This document shows positions 18,669 to 28,690 of a stretch of DNA of 64,000 nucleotides, in pieces; position 1 is the first letter of the stretch, and every line of letters starts with the position of its first letter. The position numbers and the translations under genes are program-made. Source of the DNA: Candidatus Binatia bacterium (GTDB lineage: Bacteria > Desulfobacterota > Binatia > UBA9968 > CAXXLF01); the NCBI GenBank assembly GCA_963664015.2, contig CAXXLF010000001.1:992001-1056000 (forward strand), read 5' to 3'. The notes beneath the pieces are model-generated. The model was not told the DNA's origin. It worked only from the letters and a program-made list of their open reading frames with translations, and did no database searches.

Positions 18669-18748
18669 GGACTGGTGCCCCCCCCCCCGACGTCGATGGA
18701 CAAGGGGCCAGTGGCACGAAACTCCCAGAACCGGGGCCTGGACGGCTA

Positions 18749-19540
18749 TCACTCTGGAGCGAAACGATTGAGTGTCATTGAAGCGGATGGGGCTTGAGCA
18801 ACGGTCTGCTCATACTTGACTTCAACGAGGAATAAGCCCTGCGGGGGTGCTGTGGGACCGGCGAGGGTTCGGTCTCCCAACTTTAGAAGTGCAGCAAATT
18901 CGGACGGCGTCCGTTCGCCCCAACCGACCTCCATGAGCGTCCCAACGATGTTGCGCACCATATGTCTCAGGTAGGCATTGGCCTCAATCCGGTAAACAAG
19001 TAGATCGCCATCACGAGTTAAGGTGCTGGAATGGACTCGACGGATAGGATGTGCCGCATCACAGCCGGAAGCCTGGAAGGAGGAAAAGTCATGCTCACCC
19101 TCGAGGGCGGCCATGGCCTCTTCCATGGCAGTGAGATCCAACGGGCGATGGACATGGCAGGTGAACCGACGGAGCAGCGCGGAAGCCCATCGCCCATTCC
19201 AAATACGGTACTCATACAATCGGCTTCGCGCGTCCCTGCGCGCATCAAATGAGTCCGCGGCCGATTCGAGTTCCTTGACAGCTATATCAGGGGGCGTCAA
19301 AGCGTTAAGCCCTCGCTGGAGTTTCCTAAGATCCACTGGGCGAGGACAGTGAAGGTGTGCCACCTGACCTGCCGCGTGGACCCCTGCATCGGTTCGACCG
19401 GAGGCATGAAGCCGAACCTTTTCACGCAGGATCTCACAGAGAGCCCCCTCCAATACTTCCTGGACAGTCCGCCCATTGGGCTGAATTTGCCAACCATGAT
19501 AGTCAGTCCCGTCGTACTCAATGATAAGCTTGAGGTTCAT
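18749..19540 (-). CDS. truA: tRNA pseudouridine(38-40) synthase
   Basis: YDGTDYHGWQ, SGRTDAGVHA, YLRHMVRNIVG, TAPPQGL. Confidence 0.97.
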   Translation of the reverse strand: MNLKLIIEYDGTDYHGWQIQPNGRTVQEVLEGALCEILREKVRLHASGRTDAGVHAAGQVAHLHCPRPVDLRKLQRGLNALTPPDIAVKELESAADSFDARRDARSRLYEYRIWNGRWASALLRRFTCHVHRPLDLTAMEEAMAALEGEHDFSSFQASGCDAAHPIRRVHSSTLTRDGDLLVYRIEANAYLRHMVRNIVGTLMEVGWGERTPSEFAALLKLGDRTLAGPTAPPQGLFLVEVKYEQTVAQAPSASMTLNRFAPE

Positions 19541-19554
19541 TGGAAAGCCCGAAT

Positions 19555-19617
19555 TTCAGAAGTCAGGAATCAGCAAAGCCGGACCGGACTCCGGCTACTG
19601 GCAACTGAACTACTGAA
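19555..19617. repeat. heptamer-periodic inverted repeat (TCAGnnn / nnnCTGA arms)
   Basis: TTCAGAAG TCAGGAA TCAGCAA AGCCGGA ... TCCGGCT ACTGGCA ACTGAAC TACTGAA. Confidence 0.55.
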
Positions 19618-19623
19618 TGCTCC

Positions 19624-20646
19624 TTAGAGGTAATCCCGTATCAGGATTTCGGCAATTTGAACGGCGTTAAGAGCAGCGCCTTTGCGCAGATTGTCGGCGA
19701 CGACCCAGAGATTCAGCCCATTGGATACAGAATCATCCTCCCGAATTCTCCCGACGAGAGTTGCATCAGTGCCCACGCAATTAATGGCCATGGGGTAGAC
19801 GTTCGCCTCCGGATCGTCACACAGAAGGATACCGGGAGCGGTGCGGAGGATAGTTTTGACGTCCTGAACCGTCAGTTTTTTTTCAGTCTCGATATTAACC
19901 GATTCCGAATGACCACAGAAGACCGGAACGCGAACCGTCGTGGCGGTCATGCCCATGGAAGGCTCTCCCAGGATTTTGCGCGTCTCGTTGATCATTTTAT
20001 CCTCTTCTTTCGTGTAGCCGCTTTCAAGAAAGGTATCGATATGAGGAATGCAGTTAAAGGCGATCTGGTATGGAAATTTTACCGGCTTGACGTCTGTACC
20101 ATTGAAAAGTGAGATCGACTGTTGGCTCAATTCCTCCATGGCCTGCCTCCCTGCGCCGGAAACCGCCTGATAAGTAGAAACCACCACTCGTTTAATCCGT
20201 GCAGCGTCATGGATAGGCTTGAGCACCACCACCATTTGAATGGTAGAGCAGTTGGGGTTGGCAATAATTCCCCGTTCAGGATACTGACCAATATCTCCCG
20301 CATTGACCTCAGGGACCACTAGAGGAACTTCCGGTTCCATCCGAAAATGGGAGGTGTTGTCGACAGCCACGGCACCGCTTTCTACGGCGATAGGCGCAAA
20401 CCGGGCACTGACCGTTCCGCCAGCGGAAAAGAGCGCGATATCCACGTCCTGGAACGAATCCTCCTTGAGCTCCTCAACTCGGATCCTCTTGCCGGCGAAT
20501 TCCAACACTTGACCGGCCGACCTTGAGGACGCCAGAAGACGCAGCTCCTTGACAGGGAAGAGCCTTTCTTGCAAGATCTCGCGCATCTGCTCGCCCACCG
20601 CCCCCGTGGCTCCAACCACAGCAACTCTGTATTTATCTCTCTTCAT
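19624..20646 (-). CDS. asd: aspartate-semialdehyde dehydrogenase
   Basis: GATGAVG, IIANPNCSTIQM, DNLRKGAALNAVQIAE. Confidence 0.97.
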   Translation of the reverse strand: MKRDKYRVAVVGATGAVGEQMREILQERLFPVKELRLLASSRSAGQVLEFAGKRIRVEELKEDSFQDVDIALFSAGGTVSARFAPIAVESGAVAVDNTSHFRMEPEVPLVVPEVNAGDIGQYPERGIIANPNCSTIQMVVVLKPIHDAARIKRVVVSTYQAVSGAGRQAMEELSQQSISLFNGTDVKPVKFPYQIAFNCIPHIDTFLESGYTKEEDKMINETRKILGEPSMGMTATTVRVPVFCGHSESVNIETEKKLTVQDVKTILRTAPGILLCDDPEANVYPMAINCVGTDATLVGRIREDDSVSNGLNLWVVADNLRKGAALNAVQIAEILIRDYL

Positions 20647-20687
20647 GCCTTATCACCCCGGCTCGCAATCAGTTTGGTCTTCTCAGT

Positions 20688-21770
20688 TTAGCTTTTTATT
20701 TTCTCCCTCACCCTCTCGCCCATTTCCACACAGCCGATCAAGCGTCCTCCTTCTTGTTGGATATCCGCCGTCCGAAACCCTTCATCCAGGACCTCTTCCA
20801 CAGCCTTTTCGATCCGGTCTGCCGCCTTTTCTTGACCGAACGAGTGGCGAAGCATAAGGGCAACGGTCAAAATGGTAGCGAGGGGATTGGCCATGTCCCG
20901 GCCTGCGATATCCGGGGCACTGCCGTGAACGGGCTCGTACATGCCCACTTTACCCCCAAGACTCGCCGATGGAAGCATTCCGATAGAACCTGTCAACATC
21001 GCCGCCTCATCGCTGAGAATGTCACCGAACAAATTGGTGGTCACAATGACATCGAATTGCTTCGGACTCCGAATCAGCTGCATCGCACAGTTGTCGACCA
21101 GCAAATGGTCGAGCTGAATGTCCCGAAAGCTCTCTTCCCCGTGGACTCGAGTCACGACCTTGCGCCAAAGCTCAGTCACCTCGAGTACATTGGCCTTATC
21201 CACCGAGGTTACCTGTTTCCTCCGCCTCTGTGCCGCCTCAAAGGCAACCCGCGCGATGCGCTCTATCTCGGGGGTCGTATAAACCATCGTATTGACACCA
21301 CGCTCCGACCCATCGGACACTGTGGTCACCCCCTTGGGCTCGCCGAAATAAATACCACCGGTCAATTCTCGCACCACGACGAGATCCGTACCCTCTACGA
21401 CCTCACGTTTAAGCGTCGATGCGGAACTCAATGCAGCAAACAGCTTGACCGGACGCAGGTTGGCAAAGAGTCCCAACTCACGGCGCAAGGCCAGCAGGGC
21501 TCGCTCGGGGCGGACTGAATACTCCAATCCCTCCCATTTGGGTCCACCCATCGCCCCCAAAAGGACCGCTTGGCTCTGCTGGGTCAACTGTAGCACCGAA
21601 TCCGTCAGCGGCTGTCCAGTAGCATCGATGGACGCCCCACCGACCAATCCCTCTTCATATTCCACGTAAAATCCGTAAAGGGACGCCACCTGACTCAGGA
21701 CTTCGGTGCCCTGCTTGACCACCTCCGGGCCGATTCCATCACCGGGAAGAACCGCAATCTTATAGTTCAT
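20688..21770 (-). CDS. leuB: 3-isopropylmalate dehydrogenase
   Basis: LPGDGIGPEV, VRELTGGIYFG, NLFGDILSDEA, YEPVHGSAPDIAG. Confidence 0.97.
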   Translation of the reverse strand: MNYKIAVLPGDGIGPEVVKQGTEVLSQVASLYGFYVEYEEGLVGGASIDATGQPLTDSVLQLTQQSQAVLLGAMGGPKWEGLEYSVRPERALLALRRELGLFANLRPVKLFAALSSASTLKREVVEGTDLVVVRELTGGIYFGEPKGVTTVSDGSERGVNTMVYTTPEIERIARVAFEAAQRRRKQVTSVDKANVLEVTELWRKVVTRVHGEESFRDIQLDHLLVDNCAMQLIRSPKQFDVIVTTNLFGDILSDEAAMLTGSIGMLPSASLGGKVGMYEPVHGSAPDIAGRDMANPLATILTVALMLRHSFGQEKAADRIEKAVEEVLDEGFRTADIQQEGGRLIGCVEMGERVREKIKS

Positions 21771-23335
21771 GGACCCTGCCTTTCAACCAACTGGCGGTAG
21801 TGTTTTCGATACTCCAAACGATTCAGCGCGTTGATGTAGGCCAAGGCGCTGGCCATAATAATGTCGGTGTGCGACCCGGTTCCCGTAATACGTAGGGTTC
21901 CGTCCTCAATCAGGCAGGAGACCTCCCCTTGAGCGTCGGTGCCTCCTGTAATGGCCTTGACCGAATAACGCACCAACCTTGCCTGGGAACCGGTGATCTT
22001 CGCAATAGTTTTGTAGCAAGCATCCACGACCCCGTCGCCGGTCCCATGATCGGAGGATTCTTGATCATCAACTCGTATCTTGACCGTTGCCGACGGTATG
22101 GCATTAGAGCTGGAATTGACATTGAGATAGAGCAGCTCAAAGCGATCCGGCTGACCGGGCAGCCGGAGGATCTCCTCCGCGACAATGGCTTCAATATCTT
22201 CGTCAAAAACTTCCTTCTTTTTATCCGCTAGCTCCTTAAATCGAAGGAAGGCCCGGTTCATATCCTCGTCGTTGAGGTTGAAACCCAAGTCCTTCAGGCG
22301 TTCGCTAAAGGCGTGCCGTCCCGAATGCTTCCCCATAACCAGACGGTTACCGCCGAGCCCAACGCTCTCAGGTGTCATAATTTCGTAGGTCTGCTTTTGT
22401 TTGAGCATCCCATCCTGATGGATTCCGGCTTCGTGGGCGAAGGCATTCTCCCCTACGATGGGTTTATTGATGGGAATGGTAATTCCCGTGACCTGGGACA
22501 ATAGGCGCGAAGTCGGATAGATCTGCTCGGTGACCACATGGGTATCGACACCGAACAACGTTTTCCTTGTTTTGAGCGCCATGACAACCTCTTCCAGTGA
22601 AGTATTACCGGCGCGTTCACCAATCCCGTTGATTGTGCATTCAACCTGCCTAGCGCCATTTGCCACGGCCGCCAAAGAGTTAGCCACGGCAAGTCCCAGA
22701 TCGTTGTGGCAATGGGCACTCCAGGTGACTTGCCCCCCCCCCTCAGTGTGCTCTACCAGGTACCCCACCAGAGAACCGAATTCGGAAGGAATAGCATACC
22801 CGGTGGTGTCAGGTATATTGAGTGTCCTGGCACCGGCTTTGATCACCTCTCGGAAGATCTGGACCAGAAACTCGCGCTCGCTCCGGGAGGCATCTTCGGC
22901 AGAAAACTCGATATAGTCGATATGCTTCTTGGCATAAGCAACGGACCAGGCCGCAGCCTCCAAAACCTCATTACGAGACATCCTGAGTTTATGCTTTAGG
23001 TGAATGTCGGAAGTCGCAATAAAGATGTGAATTCCGGGATTTTTAGCCTTCTCCACGGCCTTGAGCGCCCTGTCGATGTCACGCTCTTGCGCCCGTGCCA
23101 AGCTAAGCACAATCGGACGTTCGATCTCCTTGCATATTCGATCGACGGAATTGAAATCACCCTCCGATGAGGCGGCAAACCCCGCCTCGATAACATCGAC
23201 TCCTAGCTTGTCCAATTGGCGAGCCAGCATGAGTTTTTCCTCGGGGTTCATACTCGCCCCGGGAGACTGTTCCCCATCCCTAAGTGTCGTATCGAAGATT
23301 CTTACAATATTGTCCTGATCTACGCTGTCAGTCAT
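21767..23335 (-). CDS. leuA: 2-isopropylmalate synthase
   Basis: DTTLRDGEQSPG, HCHNDLGLA, NGIGERAGN, AHEAGIHQDG, regulatory domain. Confidence 0.97.
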   Translation of the reverse strand: MTDSVDQDNIVRIFDTTLRDGEQSPGASMNPEEKLMLARQLDKLGVDVIEAGFAASSEGDFNSVDRICKEIERPIVLSLARAQERDIDRALKAVEKAKNPGIHIFIATSDIHLKHKLRMSRNEVLEAAAWSVAYAKKHIDYIEFSAEDASRSEREFLVQIFREVIKAGARTLNIPDTTGYAIPSEFGSLVGYLVEHTEGGGQVTWSAHCHNDLGLAVANSLAAVANGARQVECTINGIGERAGNTSLEEVVMALKTRKTLFGVDTHVVTEQIYPTSRLLSQVTGITIPINKPIVGENAFAHEAGIHQDGMLKQKQTYEIMTPESVGLGGNRLVMGKHSGRHAFSERLKDLGFNLNDEDMNRAFLRFKELADKKKEVFDEDIEAIVAEEILRLPGQPDRFELLYLNVNSSSNAIPSATVKIRVDDQESSDHGTGDGVVDACYKTIAKITGSQARLVRYSVKAITGGTDAQGEVSCLIEDGTLRITGTGSHTDIIMASALAYINALNRLEYRKHYRQLVERQGP

Positions 23336-23347
23336 GTCCTGTCCTCC

Positions 23348-23384
23348 AAAAACAAAAACTCCCGCGGCGGGGCCGGCGGGAGTT
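23348..23384 (-). terminator. intrinsic terminator between pssA and leuA
   Basis: Minus strand AACTCCCGC-CGGCCCCGCC-GCGGGAGTT followed by TTTGTTTTT, ending directly at the leuA GGAGG RBS. Confidence 0.7.
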
Positions 23385-23410
23385 ACGAAATGCGGTTGCA
23401 GAGAGGGAAG

Positions 23411-24262
23411 TTACAACGAATCTGCGAAATCCCCTCTGTTCTCCCTCCGCCGATGGTAAATCGTGAAGAGCCATAAGAGCGGTCCAGACAGGGTATACAA
23501 TAAGAATGTGCTAAATAGCATGATCTGCGGCTCCGCAATAACCAATTTAATGAGTAATATTACAGAAAGCAATATCCAGATGGGATGCCGCTTTTTAAGA
23601 TCGAGCTGCTTCAGGCTGATATACTGAAAATTGCTAACCATCAACCCGGCAAGGCCGTATATGGCCAAGAGCAGAATAAACCTCTTGCTCGGATCCCCCG
23701 CACCACCGAAAAAGTGATACATCAACACAATGGACACAATCATTTCTGCCGCTGCAGGGATGGGTAACCCAACGAAGTGGGTTTTCTCTGCGGTACGGGC
23801 TTGGACATTGAAGCGGGCGAGCCGGAGTGCACCACAAATCACGTATAGCCCTGAGGCCAGCCAGCCCCAGGTACCCCAGGGCAAGAGCGCCCAGTAATAG
23901 ACCAAGATGCCTGGCGCCACGCCAAAAGAGACAGTGTCAGCCAGGGAGTCAAATTCGATGCCGAACTGGCTGGTAGTATGTGTCAAACGGGCCACGGCAC
24001 CATCCAAACCGTCCAAGATATTGGCCAGAATGATAAAGACAGCGGCCTGTACGTATTCTCCATTAAAGGTGGAGATAATCGAGAAGTAGCCACAAAAGGC
24101 ATTGCCCGACGTAAACAGGCTTGGGATCAGGTAGATGCCTTTTTTGAGCTGAGCGGTCCGCTCTCGCCGCTTCAAGGGATTACGACTTACCGCCTTTCGG
24201 GGTAGAATACGGACCCTTCTTCCCGACGAACTATTGTCGTGGGATTCACTGCTTGCGCTCAT
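23411..24262 (-). CDS. pssA: CDP-diacylglycerol--serine O-phosphatidyltransferase
   Basis: PSLFTSGN, DGLDGAVAR..FGIEFDSLAD, RLARFN, GLPIPAAA; follows psd. Confidence 0.95.
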   Translation of the reverse strand: MSASSESHDNSSSGRRVRILPRKAVSRNPLKRRERTAQLKKGIYLIPSLFTSGNAFCGYFSIISTFNGEYVQAAVFIILANILDGLDGAVARLTHTTSQFGIEFDSLADTVSFGVAPGILVYYWALLPWGTWGWLASGLYVICGALRLARFNVQARTAEKTHFVGLPIPAAAEMIVSIVLMYHFFGGAGDPSKRFILLLAIYGLAGLMVSNFQYISLKQLDLKKRHPIWILLSVILLIKLVIAEPQIMLFSTFLLYTLSGPLLWLFTIYHRRRENRGDFADSL

Positions 24263-24891
24263 GATAGCTTTCCTATGACCGTAAGGCCTCCCTTGACCTT
24301 CTGCCCCTCGGTAACAGCCACGCTAGAGCCCCCGGGCAAGAAGAGATCGACTCGGGACCCAAACATTATTATCCCTAATCTCTGCCCTTTTGCCAACTCC
24401 TGACCTTCCTTCACATAGCAGATAATGCGCCGGGCCAAAAGGCCTGCGATCTGTACGACTTCCACATCCCCACCCCCACGATTCGTCATACGCACAGCAT
24501 TTTGCTCATTTACCTGAGAAGCCTCTTGCCTGAAAGCCGCGAGGAATTTGCCCCGCTGATAGCGTATGGTCCCAACGCGCCCTTGGATCGGCGCCCGGTT
24601 CACATGGACATTAAAAACAGACAAAAAGATGCTAATTCGAATTTGGTCCGGTTCCGTGCTCCCTTCGGGGCTCGACTCCTTCTTGATTCCAACCACTTTT
24701 CCATCGGCCGGGGCCAGAATCACCCCCTCCTCGGTTGGTCCATTTCGCTCCGGATCCCGGAAGAAATATATAAAGGCCAAGGCAAAGAATACGCAGATCG
24801 TCGGAACCCATACCCATCCCACACCGAAAGTAATAAGGGCGCCAAGCGAGGCAGCGAGTATCCAGGGGTAACCTTCTCGGGCAATCTTCAA
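24259..24891 (-). CDS. psd: phosphatidylserine decarboxylase proenzyme
   Basis: FFRDPER, APADGKV, NVHVNRAP, FGSRVD self-cleavage motif. Confidence 0.95.
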   Translation of the reverse strand: MKIAREGYPWILAASLGALITFGVGWVWVPTICVFFALAFIYFFRDPERNGPTEEGVILAPADGKVVGIKKESSPEGSTEPDQIRISIFLSVFNVHVNRAPIQGRVGTIRYQRGKFLAAFRQEASQVNEQNAVRMTNRGGGDVEVVQIAGLLARRIICYVKEGQELAKGQRLGIIMFGSRVDLFLPGGSSVAVTEGQKVKGGLTVIGKLS

Positions 24892-24902
24892 TCTAAGTTC
24901 TG

Positions 24903-24984
24903 AGCTTTTAGCCGTCAGATATCAGCCAGCAGAAGTGACACCGAGTCTATTCCTTCTAGTTGACCGTTGATCTCACTAAAAGCT
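24903..24984. repeat. heptamer-periodic inverted repeat between ilvC and psd
   Basis: AGCTTTTAG...CTAAAAGCT outer arms with internal TCAG/TTGA units at 7-nt spacing. Confidence 0.5.
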
Positions 24985-24995
24985 TTACGCTCCCT

Positions 24996-26012
24996 TCAAT
25001 TTTTGCTCTTGTCCACCAGCCGATTTTGACCAAGCCAGGGCATCATGGCCCTAAGCCGCTCTCCCACCTTTTCAACGGGGTGGGCTGCCCCCTGCTTCCT
25101 CAGCTCGGTAAAACGTGGCATGCCGGAGCGATATTCGGCAACCCATTCCTCTGCAAACTTTCCCGATTGAATGTCCTTGAGTATAACCTGCATCACCTGC
25201 CGGACTTCGGGGCCTATCACCTTGGTGCCACGGGTAAGATCTCCGTATTCAGCCGTGTTGCTGATGGAATAGCGCATATTGGTCAAACCACCTTCGTAAA
25301 TCAGGTCGACAATCAATTTGACCTCATGAAGGCATTCAAAATAGGCCATCTCCGGTGGATAGCCCGCATCGACCAGAGTCTCATATCCGGCCAGAATCAA
25401 TGCGGAAAGACCGCCGCATAATACGGATTGTTCACCGAAGAGGTCGGTTTCGGTTTCATCCTTAAACGTGGTCTCCAAAATAGCTGCACGACCGGCTCCG
25501 ATGGCACTCCCGTAAGCCATACCCACTTGCCTGGTATCTCCAGAGGGGTCCTGAAAAATGGCAAGCAACGAAGGGACTCCTCTTCCCTTTTCGAATTCAC
25601 TCCGTACCAGGTGCCCCGGCCCCTTGGGAGCCACCATGAATACGTTGACCCCTTCGGGGGGAACGATTTTTTTGAAGTGAATATTAAACCCATGGGCAAA
25701 GGCCAAATAATTTCCTTTTTGCAAGCCCGGTTTGATTTCTGTTTCATAAACCATTCCCTGGACCTCATCGGGTAAAAGGACCATTACCACATCTCCGGCC
25801 TTAACGGCATCCAGTGGCTCCATGACCTTGAAACCCGACGTCTTGGCCTTGGGGACAGAAGAACTATCGGCGCGCAACCCCACAATGACTTTCATCCCCG
25901 AGTCCCGAAGGTTATTCGCGTGGGCATGCCCTTGGCTGCCGTAGCCCAGAATAGAAATCTGCTTGTCTTTTAAAAAACTAAAGTCAGCATCCGGATCGTA
26001 ATAGACCTGCAT
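24996..26012 (-). CDS. ilvC: ketol-acid reductoisomerase
   Basis: [41 protein letters not shown]. Confidence 0.98.
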   Translation of the reverse strand: MQVYYDPDADFSFLKDKQISILGYGSQGHAHANNLRDSGMKVIVGLRADSSSVPKAKTSGFKVMEPLDAVKAGDVVMVLLPDEVQGMVYETEIKPGLQKGNYLAFAHGFNIHFKKIVPPEGVNVFMVAPKGPGHLVRSEFEKGRGVPSLLAIFQDPSGDTRQVGMAYGSAIGAGRAAILETTFKDETETDLFGEQSVLCGGLSALILAGYETLVDAGYPPEMAYFECLHEVKLIVDLIYEGGLTNMRYSISNTAEYGDLTRGTKVIGPEVRQVMQVILKDIQSGKFAEEWVAEYRSGMPRFTELRKQGAAHPVEKVGERLRAMMPWLGQNRLVDKSKN

Positions 26013-26043
26013 TTCCGGTCCTCCCTCTCGACAATTATTTGTA

Positions 26044-26073
26044 AGGATATCTGCCCACTACCTTGCCTGTCAA
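26044..26073 (-). promoter_or_regulatory. putative sigma70 promoter for ilvC
   Basis: TTGACA-N18-TATCCT on minus strand. Confidence 0.4.
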
Positions 26074-26328
26074 CCATGTCTCATTCATTCGTGTTTCTAA
26101 ACGATGTCTTTCTCCATGAAGCGCCCCACCGAACCCATGGGTTCTATTCAATCAATGACCGTTGGCCCCAATTCTCCCGTACCGGATTCCGGCTTCGGGG
26201 GCCTGGGTTGAGTGTACTCTAGCAATGGCTATTAGCTATTAGATGATGCGCGGTGACGGGTCTCATGCCGGGAAACCACACGGTGGGTACCCTTTTAACC
26301 AGCCGTTTAAGACACGCTCGCTGACAGA

Positions 26329-26865
26329 TCAAAGGCCGTTTTCGGAGCGTGCCTTGGCTGCCTGAAGCTCCTGATGAGATACGACACGTGCAGCTTCCCG
26401 GGAAATAGCGATTCGTCCTGTGCGCACGAGTTCCTTAATCCCCAAAGGCTTGAGCAAATTGATCATGGCCTTGATCTTACTCGTATCGCCCGTGATTTCG
26501 ATCGTATAGGTACTGGGAGTGGAGTCTACAATTTTGGCTCTGAATATCTCACAGACTCGAATGGCTTCATCCCGATGTTCGAGTTTCGCGTTAATTTTGA
26601 TTAGAGTCGTCTCTCTCTCTACATAATCGGTTTCGGTCAAATCCACCACCTTCAAGACCTCAATGACCTTGTTCAGCTGTTTGATGATCTGCTCGATAAT
26701 CTGATCATCCCCAGCAGTTACGATAGTGATCATTGAGGTCGCCGGATCTAAAGTCGGCGCCACCGAGAGACTCTCAATGTTATACCCCCTGGCGCTGAAA
26801 AGTCCCGCAACACGTGCCAGCACACCAAATTTGTTCTCCACAAGTGTTGAAATGATATGTTCCAT
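26329..26865 (-). CDS. ilvN: acetolactate synthase small subunit
   Basis: VENKFGVLARVAGLFSARGYNIESL, ELVRTG. Confidence 0.96.
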   Translation of the reverse strand: MEHIISTLVENKFGVLARVAGLFSARGYNIESLSVAPTLDPATSMITIVTAGDDQIIEQIIKQLNKVIEVLKVVDLTETDYVERETTLIKINAKLEHRDEAIRVCEIFRAKIVDSTPSTYTIEITGDTSKIKAMINLLKPLGIKELVRTGRIAISREAARVVSHQELQAAKARSENGL

Positions 26866-26877
26866 GAGCGACTAGAG

Positions 26878-28668
26878 CTAAGCCGGAAGGATGCCCTCTT
26901 CATCTTCATCGGGCTTTTCGACCTTCTTCTTATGACCGGTTCCGCCCCGGGCTTTTTTCATCTCAGGCGGATCCTCCAACAACATTTCATCGTGCGCGTG
27001 ACCGGAAGGAATCATGGGGTAGCAACCCTCGGAAGGGTCTACGGTAAAATCCATCAGGACGGGCCCTTTGTGTTTCACCCCTTCACGAATGACCGCTTCA
27101 ACTTGTGAAGGCTTCTCAGCACGCAGGCCAAGGATACCGTAGGCTTCGGCCAACTTGGTAAAATCCGGGACGTTGCCCAGTTGACTTGAGGCGTACCGAC
27201 CTTCATAAAACAGGTCCTGCCATTGCCTGACCATCCCGTGACACTGATTGTTGAGCAGCACTATTTTGACCGGAAGCTTGTAAATGACCGCGGTGGCCAG
27301 TTCTTGCAGATTCATTTGGAAGCTTCCCTCACTGGTAATGCAAACGACCAGTTTTTCAGGAAAGGCCTTCTGAGCGCCAAGGGCAGCGGGGAAACCGAAT
27401 CCCATGGTACCGAGCCCCCCCGATGTCAAAAACCTCCGTGGCTTCGCCCCTCGAAAATACTGAGCAGCCCACATCTGGTGCTGGCCCACGTCCGTTGCAA
27501 TAATGCCTTCATTTTTGGTTAGCTCATAAAGCTTTTCGATAACGAACTGGGGTTTGGTGAGATTGTCGTCTTGGTTATACTTGAAAGGATATGCTTGTTT
27601 CCACTCATCAATTTGTTTGAGCCAACCCCCTCTGAGCTGCTTGATTGCCTTTGGATTGCCATCCATCGAACGGAGCATGACGTTCAACTGACGAAGCACC
27701 GCTTTGACGTCTCCAACAATGGGGATATGAGCATGGATGGTCTTCTGGATGGAAGTCGGATCGATATCGATATGAACGATACGGGCTCTGGGAGAAAATC
27801 CGGAAACATTGCCGGTCACTCGATCATCAAAGCGCGCCCCTACGGCGATGATCAAATCCGCGTCATGCATTGCCTTGTTGGCCCAAAATCCCCCGTGCAT
27901 TCCCAGCATTCCCATGGAAAGAGGATGGGTGCCCGGGAACACGCCGAGCCCCATTAACGTCAGGTTAACCGGGATCTGAGTCAGTTCAGCCAACTCCAGC
28001 AGCTCGGAGGAGGCATCGGATAAAACAGCCCCCCCTCCAACGTAGAGTACCGGCTGCTTCGCCTTTAAAATGGCTTCGGCGGCCTGCTTGATCTGGTACT
28101 TGTTCCCTTCGAAGGCGGGGCTGTAACCCGGCAGGTTAACCTTATCCGGATTCTTGAATTCGGTCGTATTCGTGCTCACATCCTTGGGAATATCGACCAG
28201 CACCGGTCCTGGCCTTCCCGTTGTCGCGATATGGAAAGCCTCCTTGATAATCGAAGCCAGATCAGCCACATCCTTAACCAGGATGTTGTGCTTGGTACAG
28301 GGTCGACTGATTCCTGCGTTGTCCGCTTCTTGAAAGGCATCGTTACCAATCATGCTGGTGGAGACCTGACCGGTAAAAGCCACCAGAGGAACCGAGTCCA
28401 TATAGGCATCGGCCAGGCCCGTCACGATATTGGTCATCCCGGGCCCGGAAGTCACCAATGCCACACCCGGTTTGCCCGTCGCCTTGGCATACCCCTCAGC
28501 CATATGGGCAGCGCCTTGCTCATGTCGCGTCAATACGACTTCAACGTCCTTTTGCTGATGCAAGACGTCAAAGATATGAAGCACCACACCACCGGGGATT
28601 CCAAACACAACACGAACCCCCTCACGTTTGAGCATCTCGACAAATATCTCGGAACCGTTTTTCTTCAT
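26878..28668 (-). CDS. ilvB: acetolactate synthase large subunit
   Basis: RHEQGAAHMAEGYA, TSGPG, GNDAFQE, DVGQHQMW, SGGLGTMGFG, GMVRQWQ. Confidence 0.97.
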   Translation of the reverse strand: MKKNGSEIFVEMLKREGVRVVFGIPGGVVLHIFDVLHQQKDVEVVLTRHEQGAAHMAEGYAKATGKPGVALVTSGPGMTNIVTGLADAYMDSVPLVAFTGQVSTSMIGNDAFQEADNAGISRPCTKHNILVKDVADLASIIKEAFHIATTGRPGPVLVDIPKDVSTNTTEFKNPDKVNLPGYSPAFEGNKYQIKQAAEAILKAKQPVLYVGGGAVLSDASSELLELAELTQIPVNLTLMGLGVFPGTHPLSMGMLGMHGGFWANKAMHDADLIIAVGARFDDRVTGNVSGFSPRARIVHIDIDPTSIQKTIHAHIPIVGDVKAVLRQLNVMLRSMDGNPKAIKQLRGGWLKQIDEWKQAYPFKYNQDDNLTKPQFVIEKLYELTKNEGIIATDVGQHQMWAAQYFRGAKPRRFLTSGGLGTMGFGFPAALGAQKAFPEKLVVCITSEGSFQMNLQELATAVIYKLPVKIVLLNNQCHGMVRQWQDLFYEGRYASSQLGNVPDFTKLAEAYGILGLRAEKPSQVEAVIREGVKHKGPVLMDFTVDPSEGCYPMIPSGHAHDEMLLEDPPEMKKARGGTGHKKKVEKPDEDEEGILPA

Positions 28669-28690
28669 TGGCTACCCCGGCTGATCAATG

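Noticed and set aside
22733-22742. C10 tract inside leuA as a phase-variation switch
   Set aside because: In frame (EGGGQ) in a housekeeping gene; no evidence of variation from a single sequence
20688-23335. leuC/leuD absent between leuA and leuB; gap absent before pgk
   Set aside because: Split operons are common; the genes may lie elsewhere in the genome
26131-26144. GAACC..GGTTC hairpin reminiscent of 6S RNA
   Set aside because: Could not build the long rod with central bubble required for 6S
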